A DNA stretch of 33,539 nt from positions 1 to 33,539 of the IMG/VR virus record IMGVR_UViG_3300020220_000189; one strand, written 5' to 3'. The translations under genes and the position numbers were made by a program. The DNA is from a virus. Lineage: Duplodnaviria; Caudoviricetes. Below are positions 9,701 through 17,796 of the stretch, piece by piece. Numbering within the stretch: the stretch's first letter is position 1; every line of letters begins with the position of its first letter. A model generated the notes under the pieces. That model searched no databases. It saw only the letters and a program-made list of their open reading frames with translations, and was not told the DNA's origin.

Positions 9701-9773
9701 GTAACGCACGAAACGCGGCCTGGGAATCGTTTTCCGCCCGGACTTTGTATTTGATGTCCTGACTACTTCCCAC
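6768..9773 (-). CDS. Tail tape measure protein (1001 aa)
   Basis: Ala/Gly-rich; ALQQMMSKGNVQAEELRGQLGER tape-measure motif; C-terminal RAYGGSV...YIVGD...PELFVP motif. Confidence 0.93.
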   Translation of the reverse strand: MGSSQDIKYKVRAENDSQAAFRALLGDVKGVERELKALTAQSAYTGRAMNDNAARASSGFKNLSASLFSIKSAIAGAGIAYAGREMLDASMKAEALSRGFTVATGSAEAASKELKWLRDTTQSLGVDFYSAADAAKGFTVASRDMGMSSADSRDILKGVMEASVALGLSTEQTSGALNALQQMMSKGNVQAEELRGQLGERIPGAFNMAAKAMGVSTQELNKMLEQGEVLASDLLPKLADVLHDKFGAAAVDAGGSAAAAMARFDTAVMDLKVTIADGGFVEALTDTVKDLTAYVAENKDEVIEFASAIGKIASSSLDAAAGIAKSLTPAISGLAGVIREIPSAFLYAWLGGKLGGPWGAGIGAVAGLTADTWVKWASNDDNADLRAIQAAKGRKSKYMTLDEFINATSAPETVVSAEGRKSGTSPSPSAVAGGGRGGTSAADKAAREAKKAYEEHAKAVEKATEWYAEQTEEVEGAYAANKEFKKITEMLALLQSEGLISKEEEIRQLEYARIALQKFTVAAQNASPDMDKLIGDRPDLFGDDVRNSIDGTAAGLQDIRYAMEQSGIKIKGWNSFVSAYEQYQEYQKLDGGAGSGSALFKSIGSAIQGIGQVVGGGVGNAISSTAGLALAGFKVGGPIGAIVGGVVGLVSSIFGGGSNYEEERAQRDDLRGQIYDNMVESALSGGTESLKLLRATRYNYDALKNYADPGYPGMKSGTSGRLFEDRGTKELKKLQEALSVLDQAGKTINEFMRPGLINDLDSAKVLLEYTIAQVGDLSQATAAYWDSVISTVTGINADSVAELMLNSIALATNSDQAARIFAEGLEQQLVQSLKNMAVAQLVNDVVMEQLQPAMKTIVQGMISGDMTSADMAALVSQAQNLASTIAPVVSELYNAFDQISLNQYVYSGTPIEARAYGGSVTSGQPYIVGDRRQPELFVPGSDGYIFPEVPGSGSGSVQVVMPATIKVQIGDREFNAYLDEQAVRRESRIAVTGNRTARTVY

Positions 9774-9930
9774 GCCGCCGCTCCCGTCTATCGTTTTTTA
9801 TCTTGAAAAATGCCTGCCAGTGCCGGAACTCCTGTAGCGATATTTCTCGCTGCGCCCTTGCTACCGGCATCTTCAGTTCATGCGCCAGCCCGTACCAATC
9901 CATCAGTTCCGGGCTGGATGTCAGTTTCCC
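9763..9930 (-). CDS. Tail assembly chaperone gpT-like extension (-1 frameshift frame)
   Basis: -1 frame from GGGAAAC reads KLTSSPELMDWYGLAHELKMPVARAQREISLQEFRHWQAFFKIKNDRRERRRGK*, ending over the tape measure start. Confidence 0.8.
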   Translation of the reverse strand, partial: GKLTSSPELMDWYGLAHELKMPVARAQREISLQEFRHWQAFFKIKNDRRERRRGK

Positions 9931-10268
9931 TCAGCACCCTCTATGGTTGGGGTTTTAACCATAGCATTTGCCAGGCGATTGACCACATTGGCAAACCCTT
10001 TACGGGAAAGCTTGTCTGCGTCGCCGTTCACAAAAAGCCGCCGTCCCTCGGAATCGAGAGCTTTCAGAATTACCAGCTGGACGTTAAAGCGCGAGCCTTT
10101 TGCGTTTTCAGGGATCTCTCTGGTTACAAGCTCGAGCTCGTGCTGGGTGGCAGGCTTGTAATAGACGAAAACCTCACCGGTTTCTGCAGTTTCCCATTCA
10201 GGGACCTGAAGTTTTTCAAGCGGCATGCTATCATAGATAGCTTGGATCTGTTCAATAAAAGACGGCAT
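9921..10268 (-). CDS. Tail assembly chaperone gpG-like
   Basis: Between tail tube and tape measure genes; GGAGG RBS; ends in slippery site. Confidence 0.85.
   Translation of the reverse strand: MPSFIEQIQAIYDSMPLEKLQVPEWETAETGEVFVYYKPATQHELELVTREIPENAKGSRFNVQLVILKALDSEGRRLFVNGDADKLSRKGFANVVNRLANAMVKTPTIEGAEGN
9924..9930 (-). promoter_or_regulatory. Programmed -1 ribosomal frameshift slippery site G GGA AAC
   Basis: X XXY YYZ heptamer in the correct phase, directly before the gpG stop. Confidence 0.85.
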
Positions 10269-10314
10269 GTTTCCTCCAAAACATTGATTTAAAATACTCC
10301 TCCAAACAAATTTG

Positions 10315-10387
10315 CTGACGGGGAAGGGCTCGAACCCTCAACCGGCGGTTTTGGAGACCGCTGCTCTGCCTGTTGAGCTACCCGCCA
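10315..10387 (-). tRNA. tRNA-Trp (anticodon CCA), CCA end not encoded
   Basis: Cloverleaf: TGGCGGG TA GCTC AACAGGCA GAGC A GCGGT CTCCAAA ACCGC CGGTT GAGGG TTCGAGC CCTTC CCCGTCA G (73 nt). Confidence 0.92.
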
Positions 10388-10396
10388 AACTCCAGC

Positions 10397-10816
10397 CTAC
10401 ACCGAAACAGCCGATTCCGTCACGTCTCCGCTTACCCGCAGCGAAAATTCGTATCCGGGAATTTTCCCGTTCTCGAAGGAGATCGCGCCGGGTTTCTGGA
10501 CGTAAGCTGTGTATGCCCATTTCGCGTTTCCGGCGGTATTTCCTTCGGGGAAAATATTTACTGCAACCGTAGTCGCTGCCCGGAATGCGGCAATAAGTGC
10601 GGCCTGCCCGTTTGTGTCGGCATCGTCACGCTCAGCGAGAATTCGGATCCCGATGCTGGACATTTTGCCAACAAACGTTTCAGGACGGTCGTCGACGCTC
10701 AACTCTTCGCTTTCAACGAAGTTCCGCTCTCCCTCGTCAACCTCAATCATTTTCACGCCAGCAATCTTATGCGTGCCAACATAAGCTTCAGCCGAGTTTC
10801 CTAACGATTTACCCAT
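10397..10816 (-). CDS. Major tail tube protein
   Basis: 139 aa; D.....GQAAL...IFPEGNTAG...SFSL/FS.G pattern; synteny. Confidence 0.8.
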   Translation of the reverse strand: MGKSLGNSAEAYVGTHKIAGVKMIEVDEGERNFVESEELSVDDRPETFVGKMSSIGIRILAERDDADTNGQAALIAAFRAATTVAVNIFPEGNTAGNAKWAYTAYVQKPGAISFENGKIPGYEFSLRVSGDVTESAVSV

Positions 10817-10973
10817 GGTTATGCTCCCTAGATGGTTTTACTTGTTTTGGTTTCTTCTCTTTACACTCTTTCCATCCTCTCTGGGCCATAATCTCGACCA
10901 TCGAAAGGACAACATCCCGGATATCGCCTTTCGGCCCCTGCATCCGGACGGTTTTTTCTGGTTCAGACGGCAT
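10809..10973 (-). CDS. Small hypothetical protein
   Basis: Fills gap between tail terminator and tail tube genes; start uncertain (10973 or 10994). Confidence 0.5.
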   Translation of the reverse strand: MPSEPEKTVRMQGPKGDIRDVVLSMVEIMAQRGWKECKEKKPKQVKPSREHNHG

Positions 10974-11400
10974 TTTCCGGGTCTCCATCTTCAATCACGT
11001 ACTCTACGGCAAAAATGTTGCGCTGTATGCCGAAAGGCTTTGCCGCATCGGTCGGGTAAACGGTCGCCATGCTTCGGAAGTAGATCCCCCGTGTCAGTCC
11101 GCCCATTGCTGGAACTGCAAACAGCGCGGTTTCAATTTCGGCGGATATCTCGTTGAGGGTATCGTCGGCATCCTGTCCGGAAACATACGCGTCAATCACC
11201 ACCTCAAGAGTCCGGCCGCTGCAGTTGAGCGGAACGTCATTCTCGCCTCCGGATTCCTTGCCAAGGTACACGCACAGGCATGGCATCAACTCGTTTGGTA
11301 CCGGCAACACCCGTGACGGGTAAACATTCGTGCCCGTTGTCGACAGCCCCGTGAGCTCCGTAACAACGTATTCCCTGATCTGTTGTCTGACATGCGCCAT
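10963..11400 (-). CDS. Tail terminator / completion protein (gpU-like)
   Basis: MAHVRQQIRE...VYPSRV.P.....PCLCVY pattern; synteny. Confidence 0.75.
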   Translation of the reverse strand: MAHVRQQIREYVVTELTGLSTTGTNVYPSRVLPVPNELMPCLCVYLGKESGGENDVPLNCSGRTLEVVIDAYVSGQDADDTLNEISAEIETALFAVPAMGGLTRGIYFRSMATVYPTDAAKPFGIQRNIFAVEYVIEDGDPENAV

Positions 11401-11690
11401 TACGCCTCCTGAAGAATAAGTACCACAACCCCGGTTCCGTCCGGCTGCACGTCGGCCACTGAATAGGACGTACCGGCAACCGTTACGGAATCACCCTGCT
11501 CGATACCGGCAACATCCTGAGCCCTGCACGTTGCCATCGGCTGAGAGGTCGATATATCGGCCCCTTCACCAGCCGCTGTGTAGTGCTCGGCGTCAAATAT
11601 CACCGATATTGGAGTGTTGTTGAACACTGCCGATACCGCCGCGCCGCTCGCCGCATCAAAAAACAGCGATATGTCCTCCTGAAAGGACAT
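11400..11690 (-). CDS. Head-tail joining protein (gpFII-like)
   Basis: 96 aa; GDSVTV.G..Y.V..VQPDGTG...L.L motif. Confidence 0.75.
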   Translation of the reverse strand: MSFQEDISLFFDAASGAAVSAVFNNTPISVIFDAEHYTAAGEGADISTSQPMATCRAQDVAGIEQGDSVTVAGTSYSVADVQPDGTGVVVLILQEA

Positions 11691-11902
11691 CAGCGCTTTG
11701 CCATTTTGCTTTTCAGCGCATCCTCGCGGTTCTCAACTTGTACGGCCGGTTCCTCTGATTCATCTGCCGGCTCGGCACGTTTGGCGGCAATCTGCTGCCG
11801 GCCAAACCTGTCCCCCACCTCGACAACGGCCCCCGGATTCTCCGGGGACACGGTGCCGTTTTTGAGGAGGACGTTCATCCCTTTAATCAGTGTGATCCAC
11901 AT
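11690..11902 (-). CDS. Small head-associated hypothetical protein
   Basis: Directly after capsid gene; AAGGA RBS. Confidence 0.6.
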   Translation of the reverse strand: MWITLIKGMNVLLKNGTVSPENPGAVVEVGDRFGRQQIAAKRAEPADESEEPAVQVENREDALKSKMAKR

Positions 11903-11933
11903 GTTTCGTTATGTCCTTGTGGTTAAGCGCCGG

Positions 11934-13886
11934 TTACGCCGGGTTTGTGGTGTAAACGAACGACGCCGGATGCCGTACCTGTGTATCGAGGTCCTGGAAC
12001 GCCGTCAGCACGGTAATGCCTTTCTCGCTGTGCTTGTAGGGGTTCACAATCAGTTCCAGACCGCCCCACATGCCCACCATCAGCTCGTTCCAGTTGCCGA
12101 AAATGGTTTCTTTCACGGCGCCCTTGAGAGCGTTGGTGCTCCTCATGATCGGGTACCCGTTGCACTGGTCGCCTTCCACGATAAACCCGCTCACGCCGGA
12201 AGCCTTCAGCGTCTGCTTCATGGTACCGACAGGTGTCGGGTGGGCAATGTACGCCAGCGATCCTCTCAGCGCATTGGCTTCGGCAACGGTGGTTTCCATG
12301 TTCACCACGTCGCTCCACAGGGGAGTGTTGGCCGTGGCAAGCGCCTCGGTTCCGACGGATGTAGTGTACATCACGCCGGTAGGCTGGCTGTTCGACCCGG
12401 TTCCGGCAAGACTAGCCAGGTCGATTGCATCGGCAAGGCTCTGGTACAGGTCACCGCGAACAATCGATTCGACATCGTAGGACGAGGTCTGCTTCTGCAT
12501 CTGGCGGGTAATTCCCTGAGATGCGGCCACGGTGTGAATCAGGAACTGGAGCAGGTCGAGGTCTATGGCGGACGTGGTAACGTCATCTCCTGCCTCGGTC
12601 TTTTCGCCGACCCAGTAGGATGTGGTTCCAACGCCGATCTTTGCCATATCGAATTTTCCGACCAGACCGCTGATAAAGCGGGCGCCTGCCCGACCGAGAA
12701 CGGACAGAGGGCGGAGGTACTCGATAACCTCGCCGCTGCCAAACTCCTCAACAACGCCCGCGCCGGTGCCGGAGCTGATGATTGCCGCGCGGGACGCACG
12801 GGGGGGAATGGCTTCCAGAGGCACAATAATTCCGCCGCGCTCGCTCGATATGCCACGCTGCTTGCAGTAATCGGCGGATATCTCACGCTCAAACCTGATA
12901 TCGTCCATTCCCACTTCCGGGCAGTTCGGGTCGAGCGCCTGACTGATCCGGAGCAGGCTGAACCGCTCCTTGTCCTTGTCGGTCATACCGATCTTCAGGG
13001 TTGCCTGCTTTCTCTGGTAATCGAGCAGGGCCGGCTGGAACTCCTTCCAGAATTCATCCGATGTTTTGCGCAGGGCAATTGCCTCCGAGGCAAGATCACG
13101 GCCGAAGGGAAAAACTTCCCGGTTAAGGTCGGCAATTTTGTAGATGCGAGAGGCATCAGATTCGACTTCACCGACTTTCACGTCGATTGTCTGAGGAGCG
13201 GGATTCTGGTTCCCGCGTTCGGTGTCTTTTTCAGGGTCCATGGTCCCTTCTCCGTTTGGGTTTGTAAGGCTTCTTTTGCGATAAACAATCATTTCGAAAT
13301 CCTGCTCTTTCGACCGCATGCCGACGGTCTCGTCTGCGGGAATCGATACGCTCGAAACCTCGTAAGGCTTCCAGCGGGTAACATGGTACACGCCCGGAGT
13401 GTCGCGTTTCGGGGCCTCAGCTTCAACCACTTCAAGAATCACGTAGCCTACGCTAACGTTTTTCCTCACGCCGTCGTCAATGTCGGCTTTCAGATCCTGC
13501 CCCAGCTGCGACCGGCTGAACTTCAGCCCGGTTATTTTTCCTTTTCTTGCGCTTTCATCAATCTCCGCGCCAAGAATAACGCCTGCCTGCTCGCTCATGC
13601 GATGGTCTTTCAGGAACGGGGCGTTCCCGCTGGCAATCCAACTCATATCCACGTTTTCCTGTCCGTGCAGCAGAACCTCTGTGCCGTACACATAGCGCTC
13701 CTGAGCTTCCACCCACATCCAGCGATTCGAAACGCCGTCCTCCGATGAGAAATAGAACTCATAGGTAGGCTCTGCACCTTCTCCGGCTGCCCGGACGGTT
13801 ATCTCGGTGTTCCGGTAATGGACTCCGGTTTTCATCCGGACAGCCTCAAAATCTTTCAGGTCAATCTTTGGCATATGCGTGGCCAT
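11934..13886 (-). CDS. Fused prohead protease - HK97-fold major capsid protein (650 aa)
   Basis: N-terminal protease motifs (PFLKDH, NVSVGY, WKPYEVSSVSIPAD); C-terminal capsid motifs (LAGTGSNSQPTG, FGNWNEL, VRHPASF). Confidence 0.92.
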   Translation of the reverse strand: MATHMPKIDLKDFEAVRMKTGVHYRNTEITVRAAGEGAEPTYEFYFSSEDGVSNRWMWVEAQERYVYGTEVLLHGQENVDMSWIASGNAPFLKDHRMSEQAGVILGAEIDESARKGKITGLKFSRSQLGQDLKADIDDGVRKNVSVGYVILEVVEAEAPKRDTPGVYHVTRWKPYEVSSVSIPADETVGMRSKEQDFEMIVYRKRSLTNPNGEGTMDPEKDTERGNQNPAPQTIDVKVGEVESDASRIYKIADLNREVFPFGRDLASEAIALRKTSDEFWKEFQPALLDYQRKQATLKIGMTDKDKERFSLLRISQALDPNCPEVGMDDIRFEREISADYCKQRGISSERGGIIVPLEAIPPRASRAAIISSGTGAGVVEEFGSGEVIEYLRPLSVLGRAGARFISGLVGKFDMAKIGVGTTSYWVGEKTEAGDDVTTSAIDLDLLQFLIHTVAASQGITRQMQKQTSSYDVESIVRGDLYQSLADAIDLASLAGTGSNSQPTGVMYTTSVGTEALATANTPLWSDVVNMETTVAEANALRGSLAYIAHPTPVGTMKQTLKASGVSGFIVEGDQCNGYPIMRSTNALKGAVKETIFGNWNELMVGMWGGLELIVNPYKHSEKGITVLTAFQDLDTQVRHPASFVYTTNPA

Positions 13887-15495
13887 TAAGCTTTTTCGTT
13901 ACACTCCGTTCTCCGGCCTCCTCAAGCGCCAACTCAAGCGCCTCTATTCGCGCCTTCAGGCTTCTCGCTTCATCCGCCGCGCCGCCTTTTGTCGGCACCC
14001 CAAATATTGCGGACATGTCGATACCTGCCGATTCTGCATACTCCTTCTCTTTCACCAGGCTGTCGATTACCTCCTCAAACTCTACGCCACGGTCCTGGCA
14101 CACCTCGCCAAGGCTTTTTGCCCGTAACCCAACAGCCTCCCGGTTCCCAACGGCCTCCTTCTGCGGGTCAACCCACGCCCACGAGCGGGGGATCCACGAA
14201 ACCGCCGCAACAAACTCTTCGAACCGCGAGAACGGCAGCTTTATCTTGCCGGCAGCCATCGCCATCTTCAGCCACTCAGGAAAAATCGGCTCATGAACCC
14301 ACTCAGTAAGCCACTGCTGCTTCTCCTGCCAGTTGTCCCGCACTTCCAGCATACCGATTCTGGCGCTGCTGTAATTCACATCGCTCAGGTCGTTAGCAAG
14401 GCTGGTATAGTTCACATCTCCGGCCGATGCAATTCCACGGAGCAGCTTTGTCGAAAAAGCGTCAAACGCCGTTGTGGGGTGTGTCGGGTCATACTGCTGG
14501 AACTCAAACCCCGGCGGCAAAACGCCAAACGTCGCCGCCTGACTGTCGAGAAACTCTATTTCAGATGACCCCTCTTCGTCGTCTCCGGCGTAATCGTCCG
14601 CATCCGGAACGGACTGCTTGAAAAACCCGCCCTTTTCGGCCGCAAGCCGGGCCGTAGCAACCTCGGCGGCCTCATACTTGTCCAGCATATGCACGCGCTG
14701 CATTGCTGTTGCCATCCACGGCCAACCGCGTTTCTGCTCTGCTTCGCTGGGGAAAAAAATGTGCTCAATGTACTTTGCTTCGGTGCGAATGGCGGTTTCG
14801 CCAGTGTAATCGCTGCGCATACCTTTTTTAAGGATCCAGTACGCTACCGGAACCTTGTCGGCGTCGTACTCGATGCCGTTTATAATCTCCGCTCCGTCCC
14901 GAAGAATCCGGTTTATCTGTGTCGAAACCCTCATCGGGTCGATCATCTCGATCTGAAACCCGAACGGCCCGGCGCCGTACCGTTTCCGCAGGAAAACTTC
15001 TCCGTCGCGAACCACATTCCACACAATCGCCCTCTCAAGATCCCTGCGGGTCCACTGCGACCCAAATAGCGGCACACCCTTCTTGCTCCACTGAGCCCAG
15101 GCGGTTTCTATCGCCGTATTTGCCAGCTTGTCGAACCGCTTGGCGTCCAGCTTCACTTTTGCATCGATCTTTACGCCTTTCGGCCCGACGATGTTCTGCA
15201 CGTTCAGCCGCAAATACCGCTTGTAATACCCATTATTTGATGCCAGCCACCGGCTGCGACCCCTGAGTTTCTGCAAATCGCGCCCGACAACCTCATCCGC
15301 CGACAGATTCACCGTCGGCCAATCCATCGACAACCGATCAACCGTCGCCGCGCCGAACTGCCGGCGACCATGCTTCGGCATAATCCCCGATGAACCGGTC
15401 ACCACCCGCGAAACCGGAGCCGATCTGATTCCCGTTCCCGTTGCAGGCTCCTTCAGCATTTCCAGAAGCCGGCCATTCTGCAGAAGCTCGCTCAC
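13861..15495 (-). CDS. Portal protein, lambda family
   Basis: LRGRSRWL..NN, RDGEVF, Q.RGWPW, DLSDVNYSSAR, WVDPQKE motifs. Confidence 0.93.
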   Translation of the reverse strand: MSELLQNGRLLEMLKEPATGTGIRSAPVSRVVTGSSGIMPKHGRRQFGAATVDRLSMDWPTVNLSADEVVGRDLQKLRGRSRWLASNNGYYKRYLRLNVQNIVGPKGVKIDAKVKLDAKRFDKLANTAIETAWAQWSKKGVPLFGSQWTRRDLERAIVWNVVRDGEVFLRKRYGAGPFGFQIEMIDPMRVSTQINRILRDGAEIINGIEYDADKVPVAYWILKKGMRSDYTGETAIRTEAKYIEHIFFPSEAEQKRGWPWMATAMQRVHMLDKYEAAEVATARLAAEKGGFFKQSVPDADDYAGDDEEGSSEIEFLDSQAATFGVLPPGFEFQQYDPTHPTTAFDAFSTKLLRGIASAGDVNYTSLANDLSDVNYSSARIGMLEVRDNWQEKQQWLTEWVHEPIFPEWLKMAMAAGKIKLPFSRFEEFVAAVSWIPRSWAWVDPQKEAVGNREAVGLRAKSLGEVCQDRGVEFEEVIDSLVKEKEYAESAGIDMSAIFGVPTKGGAADEARSLKARIEALELALEEAGERSVTKKLNGHAYAKD

Positions 15496-16058
15496 GTGAA
15501 CCTCACTTTAACCGCCTTGAACAAACTTCCGCCATTTTTCCGCCTGCGCTCCAGCGCATGCTCCCGCTGAACCTCGGCACGCAACCTGTCCCTCGACTCC
15601 AAAAGCTCCGGAAGAGGGGCAAACCTCATGTTTCGATCCTTGATTGTGTACTCCAGATGCGGCTGTGCAGTGCGGATAAGAATCACGCTCTCCAACGCCG
15701 CCAGCGCCTTGGCCGCCAAACTCCGGTTATCCAGACCGGAGGACTGCGCGGTAAAATCCGGAGCAATAACAATAGTGCCGGTTTCAACCACAAACCGGTC
15801 ATTGCCTGATGTTACATATGCCTGGTAAGAATAGGGTCCAGCCGTCCAGTCGGCCGAGGTTGCTGCTGGAATAGAAATGAGATGGTCTGCCGAGCTGCCC
15901 GACTGCTCCCCGTTAATCATGATCGACTCTCCGGCCATAACGAACGCATAGCTCAATACCCAGCCGGGAGCCGGGTAATCAGCAAACGAACGCGTCCAAC
16001 GGACGGAATCGCCAACTGTGATCTTTGAAGGAGTAGACGTAAGCGCCATGGCAAACAT
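15492..16058 (-). CDS. Head completion / gpW-like protein with N-terminal extension
   Basis: Precedes portal; C-terminal EYTIKDR....L.EL...R..L..EV segment typical of gpW-like adaptors. Confidence 0.65.
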   Translation of the reverse strand: MFAMALTSTPSKITVGDSVRWTRSFADYPAPGWVLSYAFVMAGESIMINGEQSGSSADHLISIPAATSADWTAGPYSYQAYVTSGNDRFVVETGTIVIAPDFTAQSSGLDNRSLAAKALAALESVILIRTAQPHLEYTIKDRNMRFAPLPELLESRDRLRAEVQREHALERRRKNGGSLFKAVKVRFT

Positions 16059-16067
16059 GTTTTAAAC

Positions 16068-16096
16068 AGTTTACCACGGCAAGAGTGTTATGTAAA
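16068..16096 (-). promoter_or_regulatory. Putative sigma70-type promoter for head/tail genes
   Basis: TTTACA-17 nt-TAAACT with TG extended -10, in an AT-rich intergenic gap. Confidence 0.5.
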
Positions 16097-16139
16097 TAGC
16101 AGTAAAAAAAAGTCTTTCTATATAGAACAGAAAACTTTG

Positions 16140-16790
16140 TCAGCCACGCCGGGCAAGCTGCTCCTGCAGCCGTTTCCTGAAATTATCACTGAACCGCGCC
16201 TGAAAATACTTTGTGGCATAAGCATGAAAATCCCACCGCTCCTGGTAATGCGTTGCTGACTCCCACGACAATTCAAGCCGCAACCGCCCCTTTGTTCTGC
16301 GACCGGTCTTTTTGCTGACCTTGGTTGCCGTCCGGCGCCACACTCCAGCAGGAGAACTCGCCCACTTCGCCCCCTTCGGTTTTCCCGAAAAATACATTTT
16401 ATCGTTCAGCGCAGCTTTCCACGTCTTTTTCAATCCTCCGTGAGACGCCTTCATTTTCCCTCCGGCCGTCGGAACCGGGATCCCGCGTTTCTTCGGGTAC
16501 TCCGTCCCGCCATACACCTGAAACCGCATATACTCAGCCTGCAACGGCTTCATCTTGATCATGCCAACCAAAGCATATTTCTGAGCCTTCTCCACGTCCC
16601 ACGCATACGGCGACTTCGTAAAAGCTACCGGCTTATCAAACTCCGACTCCACAACCCCAGGCAACTCCTGCCGCATCTGGAAAAACGTGTCATTAATCCC
16701 CTCTTTAATCGCAAAAGGGATACTCAAATTCGATATCCGGTCAAACTCCGAAAGCACCTCCTTCACATTCGACTCAACAGAAATATTCAT
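16140..16790 (-). CDS. Phage neck/minor tail protein (gpZ-like), basic
   Basis: IPFA....IN.T...FDKPV.FT...Y.RFQV.GG pattern of lambdoid morphogenesis proteins. Confidence 0.55.
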   Translation of the reverse strand: MNISVESNVKEVLSEFDRISNLSIPFAIKEGINDTFFQMRQELPGVVESEFDKPVAFTKSPYAWDVEKAQKYALVGMIKMKPLQAEYMRFQVYGGTEYPKKRGIPVPTAGGKMKASHGGLKKTWKAALNDKMYFSGKPKGAKWASSPAGVWRRTATKVSKKTGRRTKGRLRLELSWESATHYQERWDFHAYATKYFQARFSDNFRKRLQEQLARRG

Positions 16791-16823
16791 GATGGTTTTT
16801 TCCCTTCATTATTCTCAGTGATC

Positions 16824-17066
16824 TTAATCATGCTTTTTCCTTTTTCTGGTTACAGACTGCTTCTCTGCAGGACTCACGCGGAGTTTTCCATCGATCATTT
16901 CATAAACGTCGATTCGAAGCCCACAAGAATGACACATCGGCACGCAGTGTCCCCGTTTCGATCTCTCCATCCTTTCGCCAACATCAATAACCGATCCGCA
17001 CTCCGGGCAAGCTATTTCAGTCTGCGCCATACAAAGGATCCCGCCTGGAATCGGAACGCAAGTCAT
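16824..17066 (-). CDS. Zinc-ribbon hypothetical protein
   Basis: CPECG...CHSCG; ATGA coupling. Confidence 0.6.
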   Translation of the reverse strand: MTCVPIPGGILCMAQTEIACPECGSVIDVGERMERSKRGHCVPMCHSCGLRIDVYEMIDGKLRVSPAEKQSVTRKRKKHD

Positions 17067-17545
17067 GCGTTACCCTCCTGTGGTGTCGCTGCATCGACGA
17101 TTCGCCCGCCGCAGCGCGGGCAATATTTGGTGGATGCATTGTCTTTCAGCCACCCGGACTCGAACTGGTATGCGTGATCGCACGCCGTCTCGTATGCGCC
17201 GGGGCAATCCTCATCAAGCGGCGTCCAGCGGCAAACGCGGATGGATTCTTTCCGAAGCCGTTCAACCTCCGCTTCGAGTTCGGTTATGTTGCTTTTAAGC
17301 AGATTCTCTGTTGCCGCAACGTTCTCCATAAAAACATTCAACTCGCCGGATAATGCCGCCATGTCGCGTTTGTGGGCGGCGATGATCTGGTCAACATACC
17401 GCCATGTTCCAAGGAAATATCTCGCTGTACGCTCAAGCTCACCCTGCTCCGGTGTTGCCGAAGGCGTTACGGGCTGATCTCCGGGCCTGTCGCCCGTCAT
17501 CGGTTTTGCTGGCTGCTGGTCGGCTTCAAAAATCGCTTCGTTCAT
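17063..17545 (-). CDS. Hypothetical protein: coiled coil plus C-terminal Zn ribbon
   Basis: TACDH...YCPRCGGRI; coupled gene. Confidence 0.65.
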   Translation of the reverse strand: MNEAIFEADQQPAKPMTGDRPGDQPVTPSATPEQGELERTARYFLGTWRYVDQIIAAHKRDMAALSGELNVFMENVAATENLLKSNITELEAEVERLRKESIRVCRWTPLDEDCPGAYETACDHAYQFESGWLKDNASTKYCPRCGGRIVDAATPQEGNA

Positions 17546-17793
17546 TTCTCATACTCCTTGATAGCGGCAATCCCTGCCGCAGTAACATGATAGATGTCTT
17601 CCGGAACCCAGCTAAGTTTCGGTTTTTTCAGCATAAGGCCCTTCGAAACCAACAGCTCGCAGTTTTCATGATCTTGAAATCCTTCGATAGCGCAGAAGTA
17701 GTTTCTGTCCTGTTTTGGCCATCCAACCGCATGCCCAAGTATATGCAGCTGAGATGGGGTAAGGATCAACGCTGGCTTGCTTGCCTCATTCAT
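17542..17793 (-). CDS. Hypothetical phage protein (possible winged helix)
   Basis: QLHILGHAVG...RNYFC...LVSKGLM...YHVTAAG pattern. Confidence 0.65.
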   Translation of the reverse strand: MNEASKPALILTPSQLHILGHAVGWPKQDRNYFCAIEGFQDHENCELLVSKGLMLKKPKLSWVPEDIYHVTAAGIAAIKEYEK

Positions 17794-17796
17794 GGT

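Noticed and set aside
11583-13748. 721-aa plus-strand ORF
   Set aside because: Antisense shadow of the protease-capsid gene; no recognisable motifs
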